Assembly (NCBI GenBank): GCA_027557655.1
Contig: CP064915.1
Coordinates: forward strand, 719,808 to 783,807
Length of the DNA stretch: 64,000 nt
Reading direction: 5' to 3'
DNA from: Candidatus Kinetoplastidibacterium crithidiae
GTDB taxonomy: Bacteria; Pseudomonadota; Gammaproteobacteria; Burkholderiales; Burkholderiaceae_B
The notes under the pieces were generated by a model. That model was not told the DNA's origin and did not search any database. It saw only the letters and a program-made list of their open reading frames with translations. The position numbers and the translations under genes are program-made. Positions 42,278-51,685 of the stretch are shown here, one piece after another. Each line of letters opens with the position of its first letter. The stretch's first letter is position 1.

Positions 42278-42547
42278 TTAATTATTAGATAAATCTGAAG
42301 TACTACTATTGTCATTTGGTTTTTCAGACTTTGTTACCTGCTCTTTTTCAGACTTGTTGTTTTTACTATCTCTAAAATCAGTTACATACCAACCATTTCC
42401 TTTTAACTGAAAGCTAGGAGCTGTAACTTGCTTAGAATATGAACTGCTACCACAATCTGGACACTTTTGAATAGGATTATCGTTCATTTTTTGTAAAACA
42501 TCATTGACACAACCACATGTCATACATTTATAGGTGTAAATAGGCAT
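42278..42547 (-). CDS. FmdB-family zinc-ribbon protein
   Basis: MPIYTYKCMTCG...CPDCG zinc ribbon. 89 aa. Confidence 0.7.
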   Translation of the reverse strand: MPIYTYKCMTCGCVNDVLQKMNDNPIQKCPDCGSSSYSKQVTAPSFQLKGNGWYVTDFRDSKNNKSEKEQVTKSEKPNDNSSTSDLSNN

Positions 42548-43083
42548 AACAACCTCGCAGATAAATAAGACATAATTTACAAATCAAAGGTTTGATACAT
42601 AAATATGTGTTTATATAAACTTACAGAAAAAAACCAAAAACATCTAAATATTATCAATATTTATAATTTATATCTTATTAAGATTGACATATAAAAAGTA
42701 ATGTTAAAAAATTAATCATAGTTATAAAATAATTACATATTAATATATCATCTTGAGGTTACTAATATCTCAAATAAGAGCAAATTTAATATCAAATTGA
42801 CTTTTGAAGGTCTTTTGTTTTTACAACTTAAAACAATAGCTTGTTGTAAAAAAGTTTTTACTGTTGCCTTAAATATAATTTAGCAAAATCAAAATTTTAT
42901 AATTTATATAAAACAGCATCCACTTACCAAAAATTATTGTTTTATTTTTGTAAAAAAAAACAATAATAAATATATCTTATATTAATGATATTATCTTTAT
43001 TAAAAGCAATAACTTTTAAATACCACTTCCAAGACATAATTTGTTAGTAATAAAAATTTTATAAATAAACAGGAGGATTTTTT

Positions 43084-44289
43084 GTGGCAAATACAATAAA
43101 ACCTGAATTTCACTTTGCTGATAGAGCTATTAAATTAACTAGCTCTGCTATAAGAGAAATTTTGAAAGTAACAGAAAAAAAAGAAATAATATCTTTTGCT
43201 GGAGGATTACCTTCTCCTGAAGGCTTCCCAATAGAAATAGTAAAGGATGCCTTTAACAAAGTTTTAACAGAAAATGGTAAGACTGCCTTACAATATGGTA
43301 CTACTGAAGGATATACACCTTTAAGACAATGGATAGCAGATGAAATGAATACATCTGGAGCTGGGATTAATATTGATCAAATACTTATAGTATCTGGATC
43401 TCAACAAGCTCTTGATCTATTAGGAAAAATACTCATAAACGAAGGCGATAAAATATTAGTTGAAAATCCAAGCTATTTAGGAGCACTACAATCTTTCGGA
43501 TTATATCAACCTAAATACATACCTGTTCCAACAGATGATGGTGGGTTAATACCAGAACACATAGATGAAGAAATAGCTTCAAATGCACGTTTTTTATATG
43601 CCCTACCAAATTTTCAAAATCCAACAGGACGTACATTAAGTCTAGAAAGGCGGAAAAAATTAGTTAAAATAATGACTAATTTAAACATTCCAATAATTGA
43701 AGATGATCCTTACGGTGAATTAAGGTATAAAGGCACACCACAACCAAGTCTATTATCTTTATCAAAAGAAACAGGAGGAACAGTAATTAGACTTGGAACC
43801 TTTTCTAAAGTTCTAGCACCAGGACTAAGATTAGGCTATGTAATAGCCCCTACACCAATAATTAGAAAACTTGTCCAAGCAAAGCAAGCTTCAGACTTAC
43901 ATTCCCCAACATTAACACAAATGGCAGTTTACGAAGTAATTAAAGACGGCTTTTTACAAAAACATCTGCCTAATGTAAGGAATATATATCGAACTCAAGG
44001 ACAATGCATGCTAAAAGCAATAGAAAAAGAATTCCCAAAAGGAGTGCAATGGACTAAACCAGAAGGTGGTATGTTTCTATGGATTACTTTACCAAAACAT
44101 ATAGATAGCACTAAATTACTAGAAAAAGCAATTACTAGAAACATAGCTTTCGTCACAGGAAAACCATTCTTCATTGCTCCTTCAGCAGAAGAAAACTGCA
44201 CTATGAGACTAAGTTTTGCAACAGTTCCAGAAGAAAAAATAGTGGAAGGAATTTCCTTATTAGGACAATTAATCAAAGAAAATTTGTAG
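43084..44289 (+). CDS. PLP-dependent aminotransferase, class I/II (2-aminoadipate/aromatic type); specificity unknown
   Basis: SGSQQALDL, NPTGRT and PLP-lysine block TFSKVLAPGLRLGY. GTG start 7 nt after a strong AGGAGG. Confidence 0.8.
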   Translation: MANTIKPEFHFADRAIKLTSSAIREILKVTEKKEIISFAGGLPSPEGFPIEIVKDAFNKVLTENGKTALQYGTTEGYTPLRQWIADEMNTSGAGINIDQILIVSGSQQALDLLGKILINEGDKILVENPSYLGALQSFGLYQPKYIPVPTDDGGLIPEHIDEEIASNARFLYALPNFQNPTGRTLSLERRKKLVKIMTNLNIPIIEDDPYGELRYKGTPQPSLLSLSKETGGTVIRLGTFSKVLAPGLRLGYVIAPTPIIRKLVQAKQASDLHSPTLTQMAVYEVIKDGFLQKHLPNVRNIYRTQGQCMLKAIEKEFPKGVQWTKPEGGMFLWITLPKHIDSTKLLEKAITRNIAFVTGKPFFIAPSAEENCTMRLSFATVPEEKIVEGISLLGQLIKENL

Positions 44290-44378
44290 TTTTATTAAGA
44301 TGATGCCAATCACAATAATTATTTATTAAATCAATATACTTGAAATGGTTGGCATCATTCTCTTATAACACACTATCC

Positions 44379-44410
44379 TTAAATTAAGAATTATCTAATT
44401 CTTAATTTAA
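44379..44410. repeat. perfect 14-bp-arm palindrome in the convergent aminotransferase / panB gap
   Basis: TTAAATTAAGAATT atct AATTCTTAATTTAA. The arms are exact reverse complements with a 4-nt loop. It could be a bidirectional terminator hairpin or a dimeric protein site. Confidence 0.4.
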
Positions 44411-44475
44411 AATCTATTTTTATAAAAAATATTGCATATTCACAAATTTGTTCATCTAATTAGATAATAATTAAC

Positions 44476-45282
44476 CTAAGAAAAACAATATTCTTTTGCA
44501 GGAAATGTACCTTCTTTAACTTCTAATGAATATTTTTCAACTGCTTGTGAAATTTGCTCCTCCAGATTAGCGTATTTTTTTACAAATTTTGGAGAAAAAT
44601 TTTTCTGCATTCCCAGAACATCATCTACTACTAATATTTGGCCATCACAAGAAGGTGAGGCACCTATTCCTATTATAGGTATACCTAATTTATTTGATAT
44701 ACGTTCCCCAATTACTTCTGATACACATTCTAAAACTATAGCAAATGCACCAGCTGACTCCAACAAAGTAGCATCTTCAAGAACCTTTTTAAATATATGG
44801 TCTTCTGATTTTAATGCTTTAAAACCACCTGCAATATTAAATTGCTGTGGCATTAAACCAATATGTCCCATAACAGGAATACCTCTTTGAGTTAAAAAAC
44901 TAACTGTTTCAGCCATTTCAGAACCACCCTCTATTTTTACTGCTTGAGCACCTGTTTCTGACAAAATTCTAGATGCATTTTTAAATGCCTGAGATTTAGA
45001 TGCCTGATAACTACCAAATGGCATATCTACTACTATACAAGAAAGTTTTGTAGACCTTACTACAGCTGAGCCATGAGCTATCATCATATCCAATGTAACA
45101 GATAACGTATTAGTAAATCCGTATACAACCATACCTACAGAATCTCCGACTAGTATTAAATCAACATGTTTATCAATAATACTAGCTATTGATGAAGTAT
45201 AAGCAGACAATGACACAATTTTTTGTTTTCTTTTACAATTTTTGATAAAAACAATATTTTTTCTTAAAATTTGTGCAGACAT
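44476..45282 (-). CDS. panB: 3-methyl-2-oxobutanoate hydroxymethyltransferase
   Basis: LILVGDSVGMVVYG, DMPFGSY and VKIEGG motifs. Confidence 0.9.
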   Translation of the reverse strand: MSAQILRKNIVFIKNCKRKQKIVSLSAYTSSIASIIDKHVDLILVGDSVGMVVYGFTNTLSVTLDMMIAHGSAVVRSTKLSCIVVDMPFGSYQASKSQAFKNASRILSETGAQAVKIEGGSEMAETVSFLTQRGIPVMGHIGLMPQQFNIAGGFKALKSEDHIFKKVLEDATLLESAGAFAIVLECVSEVIGERISNKLGIPIIGIGASPSCDGQILVVDDVLGMQKNFSPKFVKKYANLEEQISQAVEKYSLEVKEGTFPAKEYCFS

Positions 45283-45327
45283 TTCTATAAAAACTCCGAA
45301 AAATAAATATAAACTCTTTCAAAAAAT

Positions 45328-45804
45328 TTAGAATGGAATATCATCATCCATATCTGATAAGTCATTGAATGCTTTACTTGCAATTGAAGCGCTTTGCTGT
45401 GATTTTCCTTTGTATGAATTATTTGTTTCTATCATTCCATGAGCCTCATTGTTGTTGTTGACAGAATCCTTAGAACCGAGCATCTGCATTTGATCAACAA
45501 TAATCTCAGTACTATACCTATCAGTACCTGTTTCTTTATCTTGCCATTTCCTTGTTTTTAACCTTCCCTCTAGATAAACAGGTCTACCTTTTTTCAAAAA
45601 TTCACCAGCAATTTCAGCTAAACGATTATATAAAACCACACGATGCCATTCTGTTTCTTCACGACGTTCTCCACTATTCCTATCCTTCCATTGTGAGGTA
45701 GTTGCAACAGACATATTACAAATCGCTGATCCCTCTGGTGTATAACGAACCTCTGGATCTCTTCCTAAATTTCCAACGATTATCACTTTATTAACTGAAG
45801 CCAT
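45328..45804 (-). CDS. ssb: single-stranded DNA-binding protein
   Basis: [23 protein letters not shown]-fold start and acidic tail DDDIPF. Divergent from uvrA, as in E. coli. Confidence 0.9.
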   Translation of the reverse strand: MASVNKVIIVGNLGRDPEVRYTPEGSAICNMSVATTSQWKDRNSGERREETEWHRVVLYNRLAEIAGEFLKKGRPVYLEGRLKTRKWQDKETGTDRYSTEIIVDQMQMLGSKDSVNNNNEAHGMIETNNSYKGKSQQSASIASKAFNDLSDMDDDIPF

Positions 45805-45968
45805 ACAATATATCCATCAAATATTATTAATCATAGAAATAGATTGTATCTCAGTAAACAAATACTTTAAACTCATTATTCACCAAGAATTAAATTTAAA
45901 TATAATTAGATAAATACCTATAATATAAAATTATTACTAACTACACTGATTACAAAAATTCTTATTAC

Positions 45969-48764
45969 ATGGATAACATCATAATAAAAGGAGCTAGAGC
46001 TCATAATTTAAAAAATATATCTTTGAACATACCACGTAACAAAATTGTAGTTATTACAGGTGTATCAGGATCAGGCAAATCTTCTTTAGTATTCGATACA
46101 ATATACGCAGAAAGCCAGAAAAAATATTTAGAATGTCTTTCAACATATTCAAGACAAATCAATAACTCACTACCAAATCCTGATATCGATGATATAGAAG
46201 GGCTATCTCCTTCTATATCATTAAAACAAAAACTATCTTTACAAAGCTCCAAATCAACTATAGGGACCGTATCAGAAATAAGCAATCATTTAAGATTATT
46301 ATTCGCAAAAATTGGATTTGCAATATGTCCTAAACACAAGACAATCCTTAGGTCATATAATGCCAAAGAGATTACAAAATGGGCCTTTTCTTTAAATCCA
46401 GAAACTAAAATTATACTTCTAGCTCCACTAGATATTAATAATACAGAATCAGTAATTACAACGTTAAAAAAACAAGGTTATTTACGCCTAAGAATTAATA
46501 AACAAATTACCGAAATAGAAAAAATTCACAACCCAGAAAAAGAGCTTCTTGATAAGACAATAGAATTAGTTGTAGATAGATTAACAATCAAAGATGAAAA
46601 TAAAAATCGTTTAATTTCGAGCATTGAAACAGCTTTAAAAATAGGAAACGGTCATATAATTCTAGAAACAACTCATGATAATAAAGAATTCTTTTTTTCA
46701 AATATTATAGAATGTCAAATATGCAAATACCAAGTAAAAACAATAGAACCTGGCCTATTTAGTCATAATAGTAATATTGGAGTATGTAAAACTTGTAAAG
46801 GCATTGGCTATGTTACATATATAGACCACGAATTATTGATTAATCCAGAATTAAGTCTAACAAATGGGGCAATTAATATTTTTGACAAAAACCTAATAAG
46901 AGAATTAGAAAATTTAGCATACAAATATAATTTTAATTCAAAATCTATCTTCAAAGAGTTATCAAAGAAAATACAATCTATAATCATATGGGGAGAGGAT
47001 ATTCATAATAATAAAAATATATTTCCGGGTATTATTAACTATCTAGAAAACCACATAGAAAAACCTAATTCTAAAATATTCTCAACAAAACTAAAAGACT
47101 ATTGCAATATAAAAGAATGTCCTGAATGTAAAGGATCAAAAATTTGTATAGAAGCACGAAATATAAAATTAAGATCATCTATTAACAAGGAATCAATTGC
47201 TATTTTATCAATAGATGAAGTCGAGTCATTAAAAATATCAGAATGCATAAAATGGATAAAAGAATTACAATATAATGATTCAGATAAAGAAATAGTAAAA
47301 CAAATTATACCATCGATAATAAATAAACTATCATTCTTAGAAGAATCTGGACTAGGATATTTATCTCTAAACAAAAGCATAAATAAAACCTCTAGAGGTG
47401 AAGCTCAACGCATAATGTTATTAGGTCTTATTTGCTCCAACCTTACTGGCATTACGTATTTATTAGATGAGCCATCTGCCGGTCTGCATAAGGAGGATAT
47501 GATATCCATAATAAAAATCCTAGAAAAACTACGAAAACTAGGCAATAGCATAATAATAGTAGAACATGATGAAACTATCATTAAAGAATCTGATTGGATA
47601 ATAGAAATAGGACCAGGGTCAGGCATTAATGGTGGCACTATTATAGCTGAAGGAACACTAGAGCATATCATAAATAACCAAAATTCAATTACAGGTTATT
47701 TTTTGAAGAAAAACAGATTTACTAGACAAAAGACAAACAATAAAATAAATAAATTTACACCTTGGCTTCAAATAGAAATTTTAGATAATTTCAATAAAAT
47801 AATAAACATAGAGATACCTAATGGTTTTATAACTTGTATAACAGGAATCTCTGGATCAGGAAAATCAAATCTAGTAAATAATATATTAATTCCTACTTTT
47901 CTAAGAAAAATCAATAACAAAAATGATAATTTATATTATGAAAATCTCAAGTGCAGCGGCATAAACAATTTTAATAACATAATATATATAGATCAAAATA
48001 ATATTGGAACCATATATAATAGCATTATAGCTACTTATTGTGATTTTCTAACAGACATCAGGGAATTATTTTCACAAACACCTGAAGCTAAAATTAGAGG
48101 ATATAAACCTAGCAGATTTAGTTTTAACGTTAAAGGTGGCAGATGTGAAGAATGTAATGGCAATGGCACAAAAAAAATAGATATGTATTTTTTGCCTAAT
48201 ATACAATTAAAATGCAATATTTGTAATGGAAAACGTTACAATCATGAAACACTAGATATAACATATAGGAATTTAAACATTGCTGAAATTCTAGATCTTA
48301 CCGTAGAAAAGGCCATGGACATTTTCAATGCTTTGCCGAATATAGCTAAAAAATTACAGTCTTTAATAGAAGTTGGTTTATCATACCTATGTATTGGACA
48401 AAGCCTTGCTACATTATCAGGAGGAGAGTTACAAAGACTAAAGATAGCTACAGAATTGGCTAAAAGAAGCAATGATCACACGTTATATATTTTAGATGAA
48501 CCAACACTAGGTTTACATTTCAAAGATGTTGATATATTACTGAACATTCTATATAAGCTGATTGATAAAGGAAATACTATTCTTATAGTTGAACATAACT
48601 TAGATATTATAAAAAATTCAGACTGGATAATAGACTTAGAGGCTGATCACGATAGTGAAATTGGAACTAGGATAATAAATCAAGGAACACCAAAAAAAAT
48701 AGCTCTATCAAAAAAAGGATATACTGCCAAATACCTCTTAGAATCCGCTACTAACAAAGATTAA
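45969..48764 (+). CDS. uvrA: excinuclease ABC subunit A
   Basis: 931 aa. Two ABC modules (GVSGSGKSS and GISGSGKSN, with two LSGGE-type signatures) and Cys-rich zinc modules. Confidence 0.95.
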   Translation: MDNIIIKGARAHNLKNISLNIPRNKIVVITGVSGSGKSSLVFDTIYAESQKKYLECLSTYSRQINNSLPNPDIDDIEGLSPSISLKQKLSLQSSKSTIGTVSEISNHLRLLFAKIGFAICPKHKTILRSYNAKEITKWAFSLNPETKIILLAPLDINNTESVITTLKKQGYLRLRINKQITEIEKIHNPEKELLDKTIELVVDRLTIKDENKNRLISSIETALKIGNGHIILETTHDNKEFFFSNIIECQICKYQVKTIEPGLFSHNSNIGVCKTCKGIGYVTYIDHELLINPELSLTNGAINIFDKNLIRELENLAYKYNFNSKSIFKELSKKIQSIIIWGEDIHNNKNIFPGIINYLENHIEKPNSKIFSTKLKDYCNIKECPECKGSKICIEARNIKLRSSINKESIAILSIDEVESLKISECIKWIKELQYNDSDKEIVKQIIPSIINKLSFLEESGLGYLSLNKSINKTSRGEAQRIMLLGLICSNLTGITYLLDEPSAGLHKEDMISIIKILEKLRKLGNSIIIVEHDETIIKESDWIIEIGPGSGINGGTIIAEGTLEHIINNQNSITGYFLKKNRFTRQKTNNKINKFTPWLQIEILDNFNKIINIEIPNGFITCITGISGSGKSNLVNNILIPTFLRKINNKNDNLYYENLKCSGINNFNNIIYIDQNNIGTIYNSIIATYCDFLTDIRELFSQTPEAKIRGYKPSRFSFNVKGGRCEECNGNGTKKIDMYFLPNIQLKCNICNGKRYNHETLDITYRNLNIAEILDLTVEKAMDIFNALPNIAKKLQSLIEVGLSYLCIGQSLATLSGGELQRLKIATELAKRSNDHTLYILDEPTLGLHFKDVDILLNILYKLIDKGNTILIVEHNLDIIKNSDWIIDLEADHDSEIGTRIINQGTPKKIALSKKGYTAKYLLESATNKD

Positions 48765-48776
48765 TCTTTAAAAACC

Positions 48777-49910
48777 TTATCTATTAAAAGATTTAAAACA
48801 AGATATAGCATCACGATCTGTCATACCAGATATATAATCCACAATCTGTTGATTTATATTATCAGAATCACAGTATAGAATTTCCTTTGGTAATAGTCTA
48901 TGATTGTTCATATATATTTCAAATAATGTTTTAATTATATATCTACCCTTTGCAGCAGCATTTAAAACCACATCATGTCTATATAATTTTAGGTATAAGA
49001 AACTCTTTATTTCATTCAAATAGTTTTCCATTGATTCAGAAAATCTTATCATATTACATTTGACTCTTACATCATAAATATTTTTTGGACTAATTTGATG
49101 AATAATATTAGTTGAGTTACTAATAATATCCATCACTAAAATATTAATTAAACTTCTAATAGTTTCTAAAATTAAAATTTTTTCGTCAAAATCACGATAT
49201 AAGTGCTTAACATCATAAAAACATTTTCCAAAAAGATATAGATCTTTCAGATCCTTTAACTCTATTAAACCATAATGCAAACCATCATCTATATCATGTG
49301 TATTGTAAGCTATCTCATCAGCATAATCTACTAATTGCGCTTCTAAGGATGGATTAGTCCCATTAATAAATCTAGCTCCAATATCTCCTAATTTTTCGGC
49401 ATCTTTTTTACTACAATGTTTCAATATTCCTTCACGAGTTTCAAAACAGAGATTTAAACCATTAAAATTAATATATCTCTTTTCTAAAAGGTCCACTATT
49501 CTTAAACCTTGTAAATTATGCTCGAAACAACCTATATTCATACCCAAGCTCTGAATAGCTAAATTTATTTCCTCTTGCCCAGCATGCCCAAATGGAGCAT
49601 GTCCTAAATCATGTGCTAAAGCTATAGCTTCTGATAAATCCTCCGAAAGAGACATGCTTCTAGCAATAGTTCTTGCAATTTGTGAAACTTCCAGGCTATG
49701 TGTTAAACGTGTACGGAAACAATTACTAGAATCAATATTAACAAAAACCTGAGTTTTAGAATCCAATTTTCTAAAAGCCTTGGAATGGATAATTCGATCT
49801 CTATCCCTCTGGAAATTGTTTCTATGTAAAGATCTTTCATTATTTTCAGTATATAAACGACCTTTTGTTTCTTCTGGTCTACACGCATAAGGCATTAGAA
49901 TATTTGTCAT
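48777..49910 (-). CDS. dGTP triphosphohydrolase-like HD-domain protein
   Basis: FQRDRDRIIHS, THSLEVSQIART and HDLGHAPFGH. Confidence 0.85.
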   Translation of the reverse strand: MTNILMPYACRPEETKGRLYTENNERSLHRNNFQRDRDRIIHSKAFRKLDSKTQVFVNIDSSNCFRTRLTHSLEVSQIARTIARSMSLSEDLSEAIALAHDLGHAPFGHAGQEEINLAIQSLGMNIGCFEHNLQGLRIVDLLEKRYINFNGLNLCFETREGILKHCSKKDAEKLGDIGARFINGTNPSLEAQLVDYADEIAYNTHDIDDGLHYGLIELKDLKDLYLFGKCFYDVKHLYRDFDEKILILETIRSLINILVMDIISNSTNIIHQISPKNIYDVRVKCNMIRFSESMENYLNEIKSFLYLKLYRHDVVLNAAAKGRYIIKTLFEIYMNNHRLLPKEILYCDSDNINQQIVDYISGMTDRDAISCFKSFNR

Positions 49911-50987
49911 TTATTTTGTTGTTTTTTCTAGAGTTATTCTTATTTTATCCTCCGAAACTTGTTTGATCAACGCATGTCCTATTCTGTCTATCAAAACAAA
50001 TCTAATATTTCCCTGTGTATTTTTTTTATCAACTGACATGAGATCTATCCATTTATCAAAACCAAGATCAGGTGCAATTACTGGGCATCCTATTTTAGAT
50101 ACTAATGATTTAACACGATCAAGAATAGTTTTGTCTAAATCAAATACCAAAGAAGATAATAATATTGATTGAATCAAACCACACCCTACAGCTTCACCAT
50201 GGAGCCATTTACCATAACCTAAACCAGATTCTATAGCATGACCAAAAGTATGCCCTAAATTGAGGATAGCACGCAAACCTGATTCTTTTTCATCTTTACT
50301 AACAACATATGATTTTAACTCACAAGAGCGTTTTATAGCATATTCTATAGAGCTCTTTTTCAAAGATAATAAATCTTGGATATTATTTTCACACCATTCC
50401 CAAAAATCTGAGTCTAATATCAACCCATATTTGATAACCTCTGATAATCCTGCTGAAACCTCCCTAGGATCCAAGGTATCAAGAACATCTACATCAACTT
50501 CTACAGAATTAGGCTGATAAAATGCACCTATCATATTTTTACCTAGAGGATGATTTATAGCTGTTTTTCCTCCAACCGAAGAATCTACTTGAGCCAATAA
50601 AGTTGTCGGAACCTGTATAAACCTAATACCCCTCATATAAACAGAAGCAGCAAAACCAGTTATATCTCCAATAACTCCACCTCCTAGTGCAAGCAAAACA
50701 GATTGACGATCTATTTTATTAGTCAAAAGAATATCAAAAATTTTGTTTAAACTCTCCCAGTTTTTATAAACCTCACCATCTGGTAATTCAATTACAAAAA
50801 CTGGCAAACCAGTTTTTTGCAAAGAAGCTTTCACTCTAGATAAATATAGACCTGCAACTTTTGGATTAGTTACTATAACCACAGAAGTAGCATCTGATGG
50901 AACAGCTAGATCCAAGTGATCTAAACGACCTTGTTCAATATTAATAGGATAAGAAGCATTGGGCACATCAACATTAACGACTTTCAT
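49911..50987 (-). CDS. aroB: 3-dehydroquinate synthase
   Basis: LGGGVIGDITGFAA, GGKTAINHP and LNLGHTFGHA. Its stop codon abuts the next start codon with no spacer. Confidence 0.9.
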   Translation of the reverse strand: MKVVNVDVPNASYPINIEQGRLDHLDLAVPSDATSVVIVTNPKVAGLYLSRVKASLQKTGLPVFVIELPDGEVYKNWESLNKIFDILLTNKIDRQSVLLALGGGVIGDITGFAASVYMRGIRFIQVPTTLLAQVDSSVGGKTAINHPLGKNMIGAFYQPNSVEVDVDVLDTLDPREVSAGLSEVIKYGLILDSDFWEWCENNIQDLLSLKKSSIEYAIKRSCELKSYVVSKDEKESGLRAILNLGHTFGHAIESGLGYGKWLHGEAVGCGLIQSILLSSLVFDLDKTILDRVKSLVSKIGCPVIAPDLGFDKWIDLMSVDKKNTQGNIRFVLIDRIGHALIKQVSEDKIRITLEKTTK

Positions 50988-51613
50988 ATAGATTTCTCAT
51001 TTCTCTTTAACATCAACACTAATTCTTTTGCTATATCAATAACATTATAAAAACTAGTATCTATAATTATATCTGCAACCTCATGGTACATAGGATCACG
51101 TAATTCAAGCAAACTTTGTAATTTTAAATAAGGATCTTTAGTAGCAAGTAATGGACGATTATGATCAGAATTTGTTCTCTTAAATAGAACATCTAACTCT
51201 GCTTTTAAATATACAACAATTCCTCTGGATTTCAGAATTTGTCTATTATCTGGTGCTAAAACAGCTCCTCCTCCAGTGGCTAATACTATTCTCTCATCTA
51301 GTGAATATCTCTTCAAAAAATCAGACTCTCTTTTTCTAAATCCAGATTCACCTTCTATCTCAAAAATTAGTGGTATCTTAACCCCACAAGCCGCTTCTAT
51401 TTCATAATCTAAATCTATAAATTTTCTATCCATATACTGGGCTAAACTTCTGCCAATTGTGCTTTTTCCTGCTCCCATCATTCCAACTAAAAAAATAGGC
51501 GTTTTATCGCATAGCTGTTTTGATGTAGCATAATAACCCTTAATATTTTGATGAGATTCATCAAATGATGTACTCTTTATATAATTAGATTGAAACTTTT
51601 TAGAAATATCCAT
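50984..51613 (-). CDS. aroK: shikimate kinase (with N-terminal extension)
   Basis: VGMMGAGKSTIGR P-loop and GGGAV motifs. 4-nt overlap with aroB. The true start may be further in. Confidence 0.85.
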   Translation of the reverse strand: MDISKKFQSNYIKSTSFDESHQNIKGYYATSKQLCDKTPIFLVGMMGAGKSTIGRSLAQYMDRKFIDLDYEIEAACGVKIPLIFEIEGESGFRKRESDFLKRYSLDERIVLATGGGAVLAPDNRQILKSRGIVVYLKAELDVLFKRTNSDHNRPLLATKDPYLKLQSLLELRDPMYHEVADIIIDTSFYNVIDIAKELVLMLKRNEKSI

Positions 51614-51685
51614 ATTTACGTAAATACTCTATTTAAATTTTAGAATTTATAAAATTAACTTCGAAGCAATTAGTATATCAACTAA

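Noticed and set aside
45805-45968. I looked for a LexA/SOS box in the divergent ssb-uvrA promoter region.
   Set aside because: There is no CTGT-N8-ACAG. The nearest match is TTGT-N10-ACAA, with the wrong spacing and wrong bases.
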